A DNA stretch of 48,277 bases from an uncultured Planctomycetia bacterium (GCA_964372345.1 CAYJQR010000004.1:1269-49545), one strand, 5' to 3'. Shown: positions 15,645 through 25,569, counted from the first letter of the stretch. Made by a program: numbers and translations. Notes: a model not told the origin generated them from the letters alone.

Positions 15645-17213
15645 TTATTTCCTTTTTTCCTTAGAAGAACCCTGCCACTCAAATCGGGTTATTTTCTGAA
15701 AACCCAATTGGGACTTTTCCACCTTTGTCAGTTGGGCTTCTTTTAAACCATCAAAGAACTCCGAGTTTTTTAGGCGTTCGGCAAATTCATTAGCGACGCC
15801 AACTTCATCTCGCTGTGGACTATAAACGCCTCCACTCATGCTGATCTCTCGTTCTTGGCTTTGGTCGGACCATTCGACTTTCTGAATCCACATCGTCTCA
15901 GGGAGGGTCTCTGCTAAGAGACTCATCTTAGAAGTTAAATCAACTCTCTCTTCGAGAATATCGTGAAGTAAAGAGAGTTTCTGCTGATAACGCTGGACGA
16001 TTTTAGAGAGTTCTTCCACATTCACCAGTGGATTTGGCAGACGGGTTACGACGGGACGTTTTACAACCACTTCGTCATAGATATTTTGCGCCGCTTTTAT
16101 TTGTGAGGAACATAATACTTGCACCCACCCCAGAATCATCAATGCCAAAACCCCTCCCCCGCTTAGCAAAAGAGGGGTGGGTATTTTCTTCTTTTCCTTC
16201 GTAACCACCCGCTCTAAATGGATCTGATCTCCAACAGGCTGTTGACTCAATCCTCTCAAAGCGGCTCCAATGCCAATGACTATCTGGCTTGAAACCCGCT
16301 CTGGTTTCTCTCCGCTTATCTTTAAATAGGGGTCCACAGCGAAAGCCTTCATTTCACACGCCGCTGATAATTCCTTGGCGACTTCCTCGTTACTGAATGT
16401 GCCGAAAGGATAGACTGCTGATAATTCTCTATCAGGAAAATTCTTTCGATGAAATTCGCTCGCTAAACGGACTTCACCCGCGATGCTTTCGATCATCTCA
16501 CTGGAGCAAGGCTCTGTCATGGACGCAGTCCATCTGACCTCTCTTGAAAAATAAGGAGTTCCTTCTATAAACAAAGAAATTCCAAGTCGCTCAGGCTCCA
16601 CACTAAGAAGAACGCCTCCTGGGCTTGACTTCTGCAATTGCCCATTCCACTTTAACACTCTTAAAACACTCAACGAGGGAGTCTCCATGGCAGTGGATAC
16701 CCAGCCGAGTTCTTTAAAGAAAAGAGAGAATCTTTCTGAATACGATTGGTCTATTGCAAAGAAAACAACCTCCATTTCAGCAGACCGTTTTTGGGGCGGG
16801 AGAAGGATAAAATCACTATTGACCTTCTCCATGTTGAAGGGAAGATACTTCCGCGCTTCAAAACGAATGGCGGTTTGCCATTCTCTTTTGGGAATTTTAA
16901 GCATCTTAAAATACCGCATCACGACTTTTTCTTGGGGGAAAGAAAGAAAAAGTGAAGGGATTTCTCTTTTCTGTTTTTGCTTACCCGTGGCTTCGCCCCG
17001 AGGCGAGAAAGAATCCCTGAGGCGACCAATGAATAAAGATAGCTGTTGATCCAGTGAAAGATTTTCCGGTGAGAAATCAAAAAGCTCGACAGAAGGAGGG
17101 ATTGCCTCTTGGACAAATTGTGTGAGTTGACACTTGTTTCCGCGTTCTGCCAGCTCAACAAACGTCATTTCCTTTGAACTGATATAGATTCCTACTGAGT
17201 TAAGCCTCCCCAC
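15645..17213 (-). CDS. PilM-PilN fusion protein
   Basis: Actin-like PilM N-terminus (VGIYIS..., AIRFEARKYLPF, IGAALRG), then a TM helix and a PilN-like domain (LAETLPETMWI). Confidence 0.8.
   Translation of the reverse strand: MGRLNSVGIYISSKEMTFVELAERGNKCQLTQFVQEAIPPSVELFDFSPENLSLDQQLSLFIGRLRDSFSPRGEATGKQKQKREIPSLFLSFPQEKVVMRYFKMLKIPKREWQTAIRFEARKYLPFNMEKVNSDFILLPPQKRSAEMEVVFFAIDQSYSERFSLFFKELGWVSTAMETPSLSVLRVLKWNGQLQKSSPGGVLLSVEPERLGISLFIEGTPYFSREVRWTASMTEPCSSEMIESIAGEVRLASEFHRKNFPDRELSAVYPFGTFSNEEVAKELSAACEMKAFAVDPYLKISGEKPERVSSQIVIGIGAALRGLSQQPVGDQIHLERVVTKEKKKIPTPLLLSGGGVLALMILGWVQVLCSSQIKAAQNIYDEVVVKRPVVTRLPNPLVNVEELSKIVQRYQQKLSLLHDILEERVDLTSKMSLLAETLPETMWIQKVEWSDQSQEREISMSGGVYSPQRDEVGVANEFAERLKNSEFFDGLKEAQLTKVEKSQLGFQKITRFEWQGSSKEKRK
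16984..17006. repeat. 23-nt core form of the nested palindromic element, inside pilM
   Basis: The reverse complement tcgcctcggggcgaagccacggg equals the outer shell of 43-113 and 35267-35313. Confidence 0.8.
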
Positions 17214-17242
17214 ACATTTCCTTTCTTCTGCCCCAATAGGGT

Positions 17243-17569
17243 CTATGGTATTTTTATCATTTCTATATTAGAAACGCTTGAAGTAACGGTTTTAGTCCTA
17301 TCATGGTTGTCGGTAATCGTATAAGAGATTGAAATCGTCTCTCCCCCCATGGAAAACCCCCAATTGAACGGTCCCCCGATCACTCCACGATTTGCCTCGA
17401 AGAGGCCCCGCTGGAAACCAGCTTCCGCGGCGTAATAGGCTTTTGCCTTTCTGACCTGATGATAGCTCAGCTCAGCAATGGAGGTCGTATACAATAAAAC
17501 CCCTGTCCCAATAATACTGAAGACAATGACCATCGCTAAAACAACGACAAGCGCTATCCCCTTCTGCAT
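17243..17569 (-). CDS. PilX-like minor pilin
   Basis: MQKG|IALVVVL without E+5, and KAYYAAEAG, the PilX N-terminal motif. Confidence 0.8.
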   Translation of the reverse strand: MQKGIALVVVLAMVIVFSIIGTGVLLYTTSIAELSYHQVRKAKAYYAAEAGFQRGLFEANRGVIGGPFNWGFSMGGETISISYTITDNHDRTKTVTSSVSNIEMIKIP

Positions 17570-17575
17570 TTAAAA

Positions 17576-17605
17576 ACTATAACAAAACTCCTGTTCGCTT
17601 GTCAA
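17576..17605 (-). promoter_or_regulatory. Sigma70-type promoter of the pil operon, probably leaderless
   Basis: TTGACA-18 nt-TATAGT with TG extension, ending 6 nt before the ATG at 17569. Confidence 0.6.
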
Positions 17606-17616
17606 TATCCCTAGTG

Positions 17617-17952
17617 TCAGGCCACGACTTCTTTCATCCATTGAAGATACCTCGGGTTCCCTTTTAAAAGAGGAATCGCCAAAATTTCTGGGACCGAATA
17701 AGAGTGGTGTGCCTGAATCTCTTTCAATAACAAATCCCATTGAGACTTTTTGGTTTTGATGATTGCCAACGCCTCTTTTTCTTTCTGGATCTTTCCCTCC
17801 CACCAGAAAGAAGATTCCACGACTGGAATGAGGTTACAGCAGGCGATCAATCGTTTGCTCAATAAAACAGTGGTAATTCTCTTCGCTTCGGCTGTATTTT
17901 TAAAAGTCACTAATACAACAATATACGAAGTTGCCTTTCCCTTTTTTCCCAT
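17617..17952 (-). CDS. cutA: Divalent-cation tolerance protein CutA
   Basis: LIACCN, SSFWWEGKI, HHSYSVPEI. Confidence 0.93.
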   Translation of the reverse strand: MGKKGKATSYIVVLVTFKNTAEAKRITTVLLSKRLIACCNLIPVVESSFWWEGKIQKEKEALAIIKTKKSQWDLLLKEIQAHHSYSVPEILAIPLLKGNPRYLQWMKEVVA

Positions 17953-18202
17953 TTTCTATTCTCCATTTTCCATTTTCTTCTTTTCGATTATAACTCCCGC
18001 AGCGGGGACAGATTGATAATTTCCTGTTGATTTCATCGTCATAGAGATAAATACAGACGGGACACTGCCAGATCTCCTGCTGGCGGCTTCTGGGAAAGCT
18101 CACCGTTTGCCTGCGGGTTGAGAGAAACCAAAAAGATAAAATTCCCAGAGTCGCCATTCCGACCCACAGAGCCACAGCCATCGAGAATTCGATTGGAATC
18201 AC
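17900..18202 (-). CDS. Small membrane-anchored zinc-ribbon protein (start revised to GTG 18202, overlapping the upstream stop)
   Basis: TM helix, then CPVC...CPRC. Confidence 0.65.
   Translation of the reverse strand: MIPIEFSMAVALWVGMATLGILSFWFLSTRRQTVSFPRSRQQEIWQCPVCIYLYDDEINRKLSICPRCGSYNRKEENGKWRIENGKKGKGNFVYCCISDF
17944..17977. repeat. (attttcc)-type 7-mer array at the zinc-ribbon/cutA junction
   Basis: ttttccc attttct attctcc attttcc attttc. Confidence 0.65.
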
Positions 18203-18879
18203 TGCAGTTTCCTTGAAAGATGAATTTTCAACAAACCCGATTGTTTTGTCTCTTGCGGCGCAAATCGCCACCGACGGATATAAGACATCCCCAACAAATC
18301 CAGCTCCATCTTCCCACTTGAGAGAATCGGAGCCACCTGCTGCACAATGCCGTCTTTAGACACGGTCAATTGGAAGGACATGTTAAGCGAGTCCGGCATA
18401 TTTTCGTTATTTTTAAAATACTCAACTATGTTCGGCTGGAATAAAACGATTCTTCCCCTGATGTCTCCTTCCAGCGCTAAAAAAGGAGACTCAGGAATTT
18501 TTAAAACGCGAAGATCTGAGCCGGCTGCCAGCGGCGGCCTTTGATAGAAAACTTCCGTATCCCGGTTCCACTCCGTCAGAGTGGGTTGACGCAAAATAGG
18601 AATCTCTTGGGAGTTTCTCTGCTCGGCGGCGACCGGGACGGGAGTTAAAACCTTCGCGGGAAACCATGATTTGGCGGGGTGTTCTAATTTGATTTCTCCC
18701 AGTGGAACCATTTTAAAGGAGTAGTCGTCTAGGATAGACCCCAAAAAAGAAACGCGGCAGGATTGGTAGGAAAAAACGGGTTGAGGAGATTCGATCTTAA
18801 CCTGGAACAGAAAAACAGCCATCCCATGAGCCAATAACGAAAAAATAACCGTCTTTCTGAACCCGAATTCACGGTTCAC
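18199..18879 (-). CDS. TonB-like energy transducer
   Basis: N-terminal TM with SLLAH (SHLS-like) and a C-terminal VSKDG.V...SSG..ELD...RWRFAP motif. Confidence 0.75.
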   Translation of the reverse strand: MNREFGFRKTVIFSLLAHGMAVFLFQVKIESPQPVFSYQSCRVSFLGSILDDYSFKMVPLGEIKLEHPAKSWFPAKVLTPVPVAAEQRNSQEIPILRQPTLTEWNRDTEVFYQRPPLAAGSDLRVLKIPESPFLALEGDIRGRIVLFQPNIVEYFKNNENMPDSLNMSFQLTVSKDGIVQQVAPILSSGKMELDLLGMSYIRRWRFAPQETKQSGLLKIHLSRKLQ

Positions 18880-19277
18880 TCGACTTCCCGATTGGTTGCT
18901 ATGTTAATCTGCGTGATCCCTGAATCACGGCAAAGATCCCAAATTCCAACCACTTTTCCCAGTGGGGTCCCCCGGTCGGCCTTGATCAACATCGTCTTGC
19001 GCGCTTTTGCCGCCTGCGTTAATTTTTCCTTTAACTCCGATTCGCTGATCAGTTTTTCATTAAAATAGAGGAGGTTTTCCTTCGTCAGGGTGATGGTGAC
19101 GTTCTTCGCTTCCTGCACGACTTCGGAAGTGACCGCCTTGGGAAGATTGATTTTGATCCCGGGCTGGGCGATAAAGCTGGACGTCAGCATAAAGAAAATA
19201 AGCAACTGAAACACGACGTCGATCAACGGGGTCATGTCAAATCCTTTTTCGTATTGAACGGTTCTCTTAAACTTCAT
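18876..19277 (-). CDS. exbD: Biopolymer transport protein ExbD/TolR
   Basis: DMTPLIDVVFQLLIFFM, INLPKA, IKADR. Confidence 0.93.
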   Translation of the reverse strand: MKFKRTVQYEKGFDMTPLIDVVFQLLIFFMLTSSFIAQPGIKINLPKAVTSEVVQEAKNVTITLTKENLLYFNEKLISESELKEKLTQAAKARKTMLIKADRGTPLGKVVGIWDLCRDSGITQINIATNREVE

Positions 19278-19900
19278 GCTAAAGTGCCTCTATTGGACAG
19301 GACATCGAGTAACTGGCCGGCGCTCCGCTCCATTTCATTGACAAAAGTCTCCACGCGGTGAACAAAATAGTTATAGATGACAATGGTCGGGATCGCGACC
19401 ATCAGTCCGGCGACGGTCGTGAGCAGCGCCTCCCAGATGCCTCCCGCTAAATCGCCGGGGTTGATCGGATTCATCGCGGACGATTTTTCCTGAATGATCT
19501 GAAAACAGCGAACCAATCCCGTCACGGTCCCCAGCAACCCCAGAAGGGGAGCGATATGGGAGATCGTTCCCAAGATTCCCAGGTTTTGTTCAAGCCGGGG
19601 AATCTCATGCTGGGCCGCGTCCTGGATCGCCTCGCGAATTTCTTCACGGGGCCGGTCATGCTTGAGAATTCCAACCCTTAAGACCTGTGGAATCGGGCCC
19701 TGCGTCTGTTCGCAAATCTGCAGGGCTTCCTTAATTTTGTTCCGCCGTATTGAGTCGACGATGGTATCCAGGAACTTCTGGGTGTCGATCTTCACCCGAT
19801 GAAGATGATAAAACCGCTCCATCACGACCGCGAGAGCGATCATCGAACAGAGAATGATCGGTATCATCACCGGCCCGCCTTTTTGAATAATCTCTAACAT
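19274..19900 (-). CDS. exbB: MotA/TolQ/ExbB proton channel protein
   Basis: APLLGLLGTVTG, LAGGIWEALLTTVAGLMVAIP. Confidence 0.93.
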   Translation of the reverse strand: MLEIIQKGGPVMIPIILCSMIALAVVMERFYHLHRVKIDTQKFLDTIVDSIRRNKIKEALQICEQTQGPIPQVLRVGILKHDRPREEIREAIQDAAQHEIPRLEQNLGILGTISHIAPLLGLLGTVTGLVRCFQIIQEKSSAMNPINPGDLAGGIWEALLTTVAGLMVAIPTIVIYNYFVHRVETFVNEMERSAGQLLDVLSNRGTLA

Positions 19901-19909
19901 CGCGACCTC

Positions 19910-22444
19910 CTATTGTTTTTCTTGGTTTCTGGCAATCGATTCCATCCGCCCATTCGCCCATTGGGTTTCTTCGGGGCTGGCATGATCCAATAATTTAGAA
20001 TAAGCCAATTTCGCCTCCTGCCAGCGTCCTTCTTCTTCAAAGGACTTGGCGACTTCCATCCAGGCCTTGCGGACCCACTGCTCCGCCCCCGGGTACCGGT
20101 AAGAAACCTCCAGGAACTCTTCGATCGCTCGTTCGCGGTTGCCAGTTTCTTTAAGAGCGGCGGCTAATCGGAACTGCGCCTCCGCGTTCAGGGCGGGATC
20201 CGGCAAACCCAGCGCCTGTTTTAAGAATCGAACCGCCTCCTGCCATTGCCTCTGATCCGCGTAGAGTTCTCCCAGCCGCAGCGCCGCCAGTTTTCCAAAA
20301 TTGTGGTTCTTAAAACGAACGACCGCCGCCTGATATTTTTCAACCGCGGCCTCTTTCCTCCCCATTTTTAAATACAGATCCCCCATCCGCAATAAGGTTT
20401 CCGGAACGAGATCACTCTTGGGATATTCCTGAATCAGTTCCGAAAATCCTTCGAGCGCCTTTTCAGGATTTTGTTCATTCTCGTAAGTCCAAGCGGTCCG
20501 GTAAAACGCGTCGTCCGCCAATTCGTGTTTGGGAAAAAGATCTCCGACTTCTTTAAAATTTTCTCTCGCCAGATCATACTTCCCCTGTTCGGAATAGTAC
20601 TCCCCGAACCAAAATTGAACGTCCGCCGCTAAACTCGATTTCGGGTACCGGTGCAGTAAGTCTTTGAATTCGTCGAGCGCTTTCTTCTCCTTTCCAAGGC
20701 GATAAAGCGCCCATGCCGTTTGATACTGCGCCTTTAGGGCTATGTCGCTTCCCGGGTTCTCCTTTCGAAGATTTTGGAAGATCGTGATCGCGTCCTCGTA
20801 TTTTTCCTGGTTGGCTTTAATCGTCGCGATCTGAAATTGAGCCTCGTTTTTCAACTCCGGCTGCGACGCCGACTGCGATAAAGATTGAAATTCTCCCGAC
20901 GCTTTCTCATAATCCCCATTCTGGGCCGCGATCCAGCCCAGTTGAAATAAGCTCTGGTCTCTGTAGCGGCTCTGGGGAAAATGAGTCACCAAACTTTCAA
21001 AAGCGAACTGTGCGGCTTCATTCTCTCCGTTTCGGGTGAGAGCAATCCCCAGTTGATACTGCGCGTATTCAGTGTAAGGGCTCTCAGGATACTCTTTCAA
21101 CACAACGTCAAAAATGTCCGACGCCTGTTTAAATTCCTCCTTATCCAGGTAGAGATCTCCTATCCGGCAGAGACTGCTCACTTTTAACAGCGGATCCTTC
21201 GCCCGCTCAGCCAGCTGTTGGAAAGCCCCGACGGCCTCGGGTATGGAGCCGGCCCGGGTATAAGCCCATCCTAAATTATAGCAGGCGTCCTCTAATAACG
21301 GAGAAGATGGAAACTGATGAATCAACATCGAGTAAAAATCGCCGGCCGATTTAAACTTCCCCTGTTCATAAAAACAATCGGCTTTCCAGAATAGGGCGTC
21401 GTCGTTCCACTCACTCTGCGGGTATTTCTCGATCAGCAGAGAAAACCGCTCTATCGCCTCTGGATATTTCCCTGATTTAGCCAGGGCCAATCCGGTGCCA
21501 AAGACAGCCCCTTCCATGAAAGAATTCTTTTCCGTGAGTTCGGTGAACTGCCTGAAGGAATCCACGGCTTTCTGGTAATCCTGCGATTGAAGATACGCCC
21601 ATGCCAGAGGATAATGCGCCGGCAGGATCCATTCCCGTGATCCGGCCTCGATCATTCTAGGCTCTAATAAAGAAATCACTTTCTCGTATTCCTTCTGGGA
21701 ATAAAGAACCTGCCCGAGCAGAAAAAGAATCTTGCCTCTTTGGGAATCGTTCGCTGTCCCGACTGCGAGCAGTTCAGAAAGAACGCGCGACGACTCCTCA
21801 TAGCGTTTCAGTTGGTACAAACTCTCGCCGGCTCCAATCTGGGCGTTCGTATAAAGATCCCCTTTAGGAAAACGTTCCAGAAACTGCTCATAGGTTTTGA
21901 GCGCCCCCTCCCAGTCTCCATCCAATTGCGCCGCGTTCGCAGTGCCAAATAGAGCGAAACGGGTCAAAATATGCTGAGGATATTCATTCATGACCCGCTG
22001 ATAAAATATTTTTGCCTGTTTGAAATCTTTGGCCTTCAGATAAACCTCTCCTGTCCAGTACAATCCGTCGGCGACAAAATCGTTGGGGACTGATTCTTTC
22101 CACACCTCTTCTAATTCGTTCAACGCTTTATTAAACAAACCAAAGTGTAACGCCGCCTGCCCCCGCAGCAAGTGGGCTTCCACAACACGGGGGCTGTGAG
22201 GATACCAGCGGATCAGATGATCCAATTTCTCATCCGCTAAAGAATAAAATTTGTCCTCAAACGCTTTTGTCCCAAGAAAAAAAAGTTCCTCGTCGCGGCC
22301 AGGGGCCGCATGGGCATTAACGGTGAAATCCAAATAACAAAGCACCAATGACAAAATAAATCCAAAACACAAAATTCTAAACCAAAAATTTCTGCCATTT
22401 GGATTTTGAGATTTGAACTTATTTTGAATTTTGGATTTTGTCAT
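19910..22444 (-). CDS. Exported tetratricopeptide-repeat protein (BamD/CpoB-like repeats), 844 aa
   Basis: Signal peptide ending AHA and many TPR units with the YP.S...A.Y..G pattern. Confidence 0.9.
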   Translation of the reverse strand: MTKSKIQNKFKSQNPNGRNFWFRILCFGFILSLVLCYLDFTVNAHAAPGRDEELFFLGTKAFEDKFYSLADEKLDHLIRWYPHSPRVVEAHLLRGQAALHFGLFNKALNELEEVWKESVPNDFVADGLYWTGEVYLKAKDFKQAKIFYQRVMNEYPQHILTRFALFGTANAAQLDGDWEGALKTYEQFLERFPKGDLYTNAQIGAGESLYQLKRYEESSRVLSELLAVGTANDSQRGKILFLLGQVLYSQKEYEKVISLLEPRMIEAGSREWILPAHYPLAWAYLQSQDYQKAVDSFRQFTELTEKNSFMEGAVFGTGLALAKSGKYPEAIERFSLLIEKYPQSEWNDDALFWKADCFYEQGKFKSAGDFYSMLIHQFPSSPLLEDACYNLGWAYTRAGSIPEAVGAFQQLAERAKDPLLKVSSLCRIGDLYLDKEEFKQASDIFDVVLKEYPESPYTEYAQYQLGIALTRNGENEAAQFAFESLVTHFPQSRYRDQSLFQLGWIAAQNGDYEKASGEFQSLSQSASQPELKNEAQFQIATIKANQEKYEDAITIFQNLRKENPGSDIALKAQYQTAWALYRLGKEKKALDEFKDLLHRYPKSSLAADVQFWFGEYYSEQGKYDLARENFKEVGDLFPKHELADDAFYRTAWTYENEQNPEKALEGFSELIQEYPKSDLVPETLLRMGDLYLKMGRKEAAVEKYQAAVVRFKNHNFGKLAALRLGELYADQRQWQEAVRFLKQALGLPDPALNAEAQFRLAAALKETGNRERAIEEFLEVSYRYPGAEQWVRKAWMEVAKSFEEEGRWQEAKLAYSKLLDHASPEETQWANGRMESIARNQEKQ

Positions 22445-22446
22445 TT
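22326..22446. repeat. Inverted degenerate 7-mer arrays that encode the TPR protein N-terminus
   Basis: aaatcca/aaaacac-type units facing tggattt/tgaattt-type units. aatgacaaaat and attttgtcatt are exact complements. Confidence 0.75.
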
Positions 22447-22451
22447 GTTCA

Positions 22452-25235
22452 TTAAACCCTGGACTTTTCCAGGATTGATTTCAGATACTGCCCCGTATAT
22501 GAACTAGGGTTCGCCGCTATTTCCTCCGGCGTTCCCTCCGCCACTATTGTACCACCTCTGTCTCCCCCTTCGGGCCCCAAATCAATAACGTGATCAGCTG
22601 TTTTAATCACATCCAAATTATGCTCAATCACCAATACGGTATTCCCCCCGTTAACGAGTTCGTGAAGGACCCCGAGAAGTTTTTCGATGTCGGCAAAATG
22701 CAGTCCCGTAGTCGGTTCATCCAATAGATACACCGTCTTGCCGGTCGCCCGCTTGGAAAGCTCGGAGGACAATTTAATTCTCTGCGCCTCTCCCCCCGAT
22801 AGAGTCGTGGCTGACTGCCCCAATTCCAGGTATCCCAGTCCCACTCTCGCGAGGACCTCCAGTTTTTCTTTGATGTGAGGAATATTTTTAAACAACTCCA
22901 GCGCTTCTTCAACCGTCATGTTCAAAACATCGGCAATCGTCTTTCCTTTATAAAGAATCTGGAGCGTTTGTTCGTTAAAACGTTTCCCCTTGCAGATTTC
23001 ACACGGGACGTAAACATCGGGCAGGAAGTGCATCTCAATTTTTTTAATTCCGTCTCCCTGGCAGGCCTCGCAGCGCCCTCCCTTGACGTTAAAACTAAAA
23101 CGCCCCGGGCGATATCCTCTTATTTTGGATTCCGGAAGCTGGCAAAAAAGATCCCGAATCGGGCTGAAAGTTCCCGTGTAGGTGGCTGGATTGGAGCGCG
23201 GGGTCCGGCCGATCGGAGACTGGTCAATGACGATCACCTTGTCCAACAGCTCCAGTCCCAGAATTTTCTGATGCCTGCCCGGTTTTTCCTTCGACTGATA
23301 CAGATCCCTCGCCAGAGCGCGATAAAGAATCTCATGAACCAGCGTGCTTTTTCCGGAACCGGAAACACCCGTCACGCAGACAAACAGTCCCAACGGAATT
23401 TTTACGTCAATCTCCTTAAGATTATGCTCCGCGGCTTTCTGAATCACCAGCAAACGATTTTTCTGAAGAGGGCGCCGTTTCGCGGGAAGCGGGACCGAAA
23501 ATTCGCCGCGGAGATATTTTCCGGTTAAGGAGTTTTGGGCCGACAAAATCGCTTTGATGGAACCGCTGGCAATAATCTCCCCCCCATGTTTTCCCGCCCC
23601 CGGCCCTAGATCCACAATGAAGTCGGCGCTGCGGATCGTCGCTTCATCATGTTCCACGACCACCAGCGTATTTCCTAAATCCCTCAGGGCCCTCAGCGTC
23701 GTCAGAAGTTTCGCGTTGTCTTTTTGGTGCAGACCGATACTCGGTTCATCTAGTATATAAAGAACACCCACCAACCCCGCCCCGATCTGAGTCGCCAATC
23801 GAATCCGCTGAGCTTCTCCGCCGGAGAGCGTCGCCGTGACCCGGTCTAAAGTCAAATAATCCAATCCCACGTCCATTAAGAATTTAATCCTCTGCCGGAT
23901 TTCCTTAAGAATTTGATGGGCAATCTTCTGCTGGTATTCGTTCAGTGAAAGAGTTTCAAAGAATTTGGCGGCGGCCCCGATTGGCAAAGCGGTCAATTCA
24001 TGAATCGGTTTCCCGCAGATTTTGACCGCCAGCGCCTCCGGCCTTAACCGCGTTCCGCCGCAGGCGGGGCACGGGAGCACACTCATGTACTTGGAGATTT
24101 CTTGTTTGACGTAGTCGCTTTCTGTCTCCCTAAAACGCCGATGAAGATTTGGAATCACTCCTTCAAACTCGACTCCCCCGGAATTTTCCGAGCCGAACAG
24201 GACGAGCCGGCGGATTTCTTGCGGCAGTTCGCTAAAGGGGATGGCCAAACTGAATCCCGCTCTTGCCCCCAATCGCCGCAAGAGACGACGGTAATACAAA
24301 ACGATTCTCATCCCTCCCCGGCGCCACGGTTCAACCGCCCCCTCCTGAATGGTCCGATGGGGATCGGGGACAACCCGGTCAGGATCAATCTCCATGCGGT
24401 TGCCGAGTCCGTCGCATTGAGGGCACGCGCCATACGGGCTATTGAAGGAAAACAACCGGGGAGAAACCTCCCCCAGGCTGATGCCGCAGGAAAGGCAGGC
24501 GTGTTTCTCGCTAAAAACCTGGTCATTGACCATGACAACGCCGCTCCCAATCCTCAAGGCAGTCTCGATGGAATCTGAAATCCTTTCTTTGTTCTCCGGT
24601 TTTAGGTCCAGCCGGTCAATCATGACTTCGATCGAATGAATTCTTTTCTTGTCCAACACGGGAGGTTTGGAGACCTCGCAGATATGACCATCCACGCGAA
24701 CCCGCGCGAAGCCGTCCTTTCGAACCTGTTCGAAAAGTTCCCGGTATTCTCCTTTTCTTCCTTGAATCAACGGCGCTAGAATCGTGAGCGCCGAACCAGC
24801 CGGCCATGAGTTTACCCAGTGAATTATCTGCTGGGAAGTCTGCCGCTGGATCAGCCGCCCGCATTGAAAACAGTGAGGCGCGCCGATCCGAGCGAAAAGA
24901 AGGCGCAGGTAGTCGTACAGTTCTGTCGTCGTGGCGACGGTGGAACGCGGGTTCGCGCTCGCGTTCCGTTGTTCAATGGCAATCGCCGGCGAGAGCCCCT
25001 CGATGGATTCAACATCCGGTTTTTGAAGCTGTTCTAGAAATTGACGCGCGTAAGCCGACAAGGACTCGACATAGCGCCTCTGCCCTTCGGCGTAGAGCGT
25101 GTCAAAAGCCAAGGACGATTTCCCAGAACCGCTCAAACCGGTAATCACGATCAGGCGGTTCCGGGGAAGTTCGAGATCGATATTCTTTAAATTATGTTCT
25201 CTTGCGCCGCGAATAATGATCGAATCAAGACTCAT
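22452..25235 (-). CDS. uvrA: Excinuclease ABC subunit A
   Basis: GLSGSGKSS, two LSGGEAQRI signatures, GVSGSGKST, zinc fingers. Confidence 0.99.
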   Translation of the reverse strand: MSLDSIIIRGAREHNLKNIDLELPRNRLIVITGLSGSGKSSLAFDTLYAEGQRRYVESLSAYARQFLEQLQKPDVESIEGLSPAIAIEQRNASANPRSTVATTTELYDYLRLLFARIGAPHCFQCGRLIQRQTSQQIIHWVNSWPAGSALTILAPLIQGRKGEYRELFEQVRKDGFARVRVDGHICEVSKPPVLDKKRIHSIEVMIDRLDLKPENKERISDSIETALRIGSGVVMVNDQVFSEKHACLSCGISLGEVSPRLFSFNSPYGACPQCDGLGNRMEIDPDRVVPDPHRTIQEGAVEPWRRGGMRIVLYYRRLLRRLGARAGFSLAIPFSELPQEIRRLVLFGSENSGGVEFEGVIPNLHRRFRETESDYVKQEISKYMSVLPCPACGGTRLRPEALAVKICGKPIHELTALPIGAAAKFFETLSLNEYQQKIAHQILKEIRQRIKFLMDVGLDYLTLDRVTATLSGGEAQRIRLATQIGAGLVGVLYILDEPSIGLHQKDNAKLLTTLRALRDLGNTLVVVEHDEATIRSADFIVDLGPGAGKHGGEIIASGSIKAILSAQNSLTGKYLRGEFSVPLPAKRRPLQKNRLLVIQKAAEHNLKEIDVKIPLGLFVCVTGVSGSGKSTLVHEILYRALARDLYQSKEKPGRHQKILGLELLDKVIVIDQSPIGRTPRSNPATYTGTFSPIRDLFCQLPESKIRGYRPGRFSFNVKGGRCEACQGDGIKKIEMHFLPDVYVPCEICKGKRFNEQTLQILYKGKTIADVLNMTVEEALELFKNIPHIKEKLEVLARVGLGYLELGQSATTLSGGEAQRIKLSSELSKRATGKTVYLLDEPTTGLHFADIEKLLGVLHELVNGGNTVLVIEHNLDVIKTADHVIDLGPEGGDRGGTIVAEGTPEEIAANPSSYTGQYLKSILEKSRV

Positions 25236-25285
25236 AAAGACTTCCTTATAGCTGATTGGCTAGTTTTTTCTTCACGGTAAGCACA

Positions 25286-25325
25286 GGGCCTCTGTGTTTT
25301 TTTTGGATATTGAACACAGAGGCCC
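25286..25325. terminator. 13-bp stem-loop downstream of the 43-aa ORF
   Basis: gggcctctgtgtt / aacacagaggccc. No clean U-tract follows on the minus strand. Confidence 0.45.
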
Positions 25326-25345
25326 CTGATAATGAAGCAAGCAGT

Positions 25346-25477
25346 CTATCTTCTTTTCTTTTTCTTCTTCTGCCCGCCGCGCGCCATCTTTGCGCGAGAG
25401 ATATCCCCGTCCTTATCCACAAAATAGAGGAATCCCTGTTCCTTCTTAATCCCTACCTTGGCGACTTTCTGTGCCAT
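25346..25477 (-). CDS. 43-aa basic protein, not in the ORF track (MAQKVAKVGIKKEQGFLYFVDKDGDISRAKMARGGQKKKKKRR)
   Basis: ATG with GAGGGGGTGA SD, clean reading frame, downstream hairpin, protein-like composition. Confidence 0.75.
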   Translation of the reverse strand: MAQKVAKVGIKKEQGFLYFVDKDGDISRAKMARGGQKKKKKRR

Positions 25478-25508
25478 TTTTTTTCACCCCCTCTCGTTTA
25501 ACGCGTCA

Positions 25509-25564
25509 CTTACGACTTACAACGTACGACTTACAACGTACGACTTACGACGTACGACTTACGA
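25509..25564. repeat. Eight-unit tandem 7-mer array c[tg]tac[ga]a
   Basis: cttacga cttacaa cgtacga cttacaa cgtacga cttacga cgtacga cttacga. Confidence 0.9.
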
Positions 25565-25569
25565 CTAGA

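Noticed and set aside
22875..23528. Long antisense ORFs (this one, 43383-44075, 35317-35925 and similar)
   Set aside because: They lie opposite well-supported housekeeping genes and have no recognisable motifs, so they are treated as shadow ORFs.
25509..25564. Possible CRISPR array
   Set aside because: Contiguous 7-nt units with no unique spacers, and no cas genes in the window.
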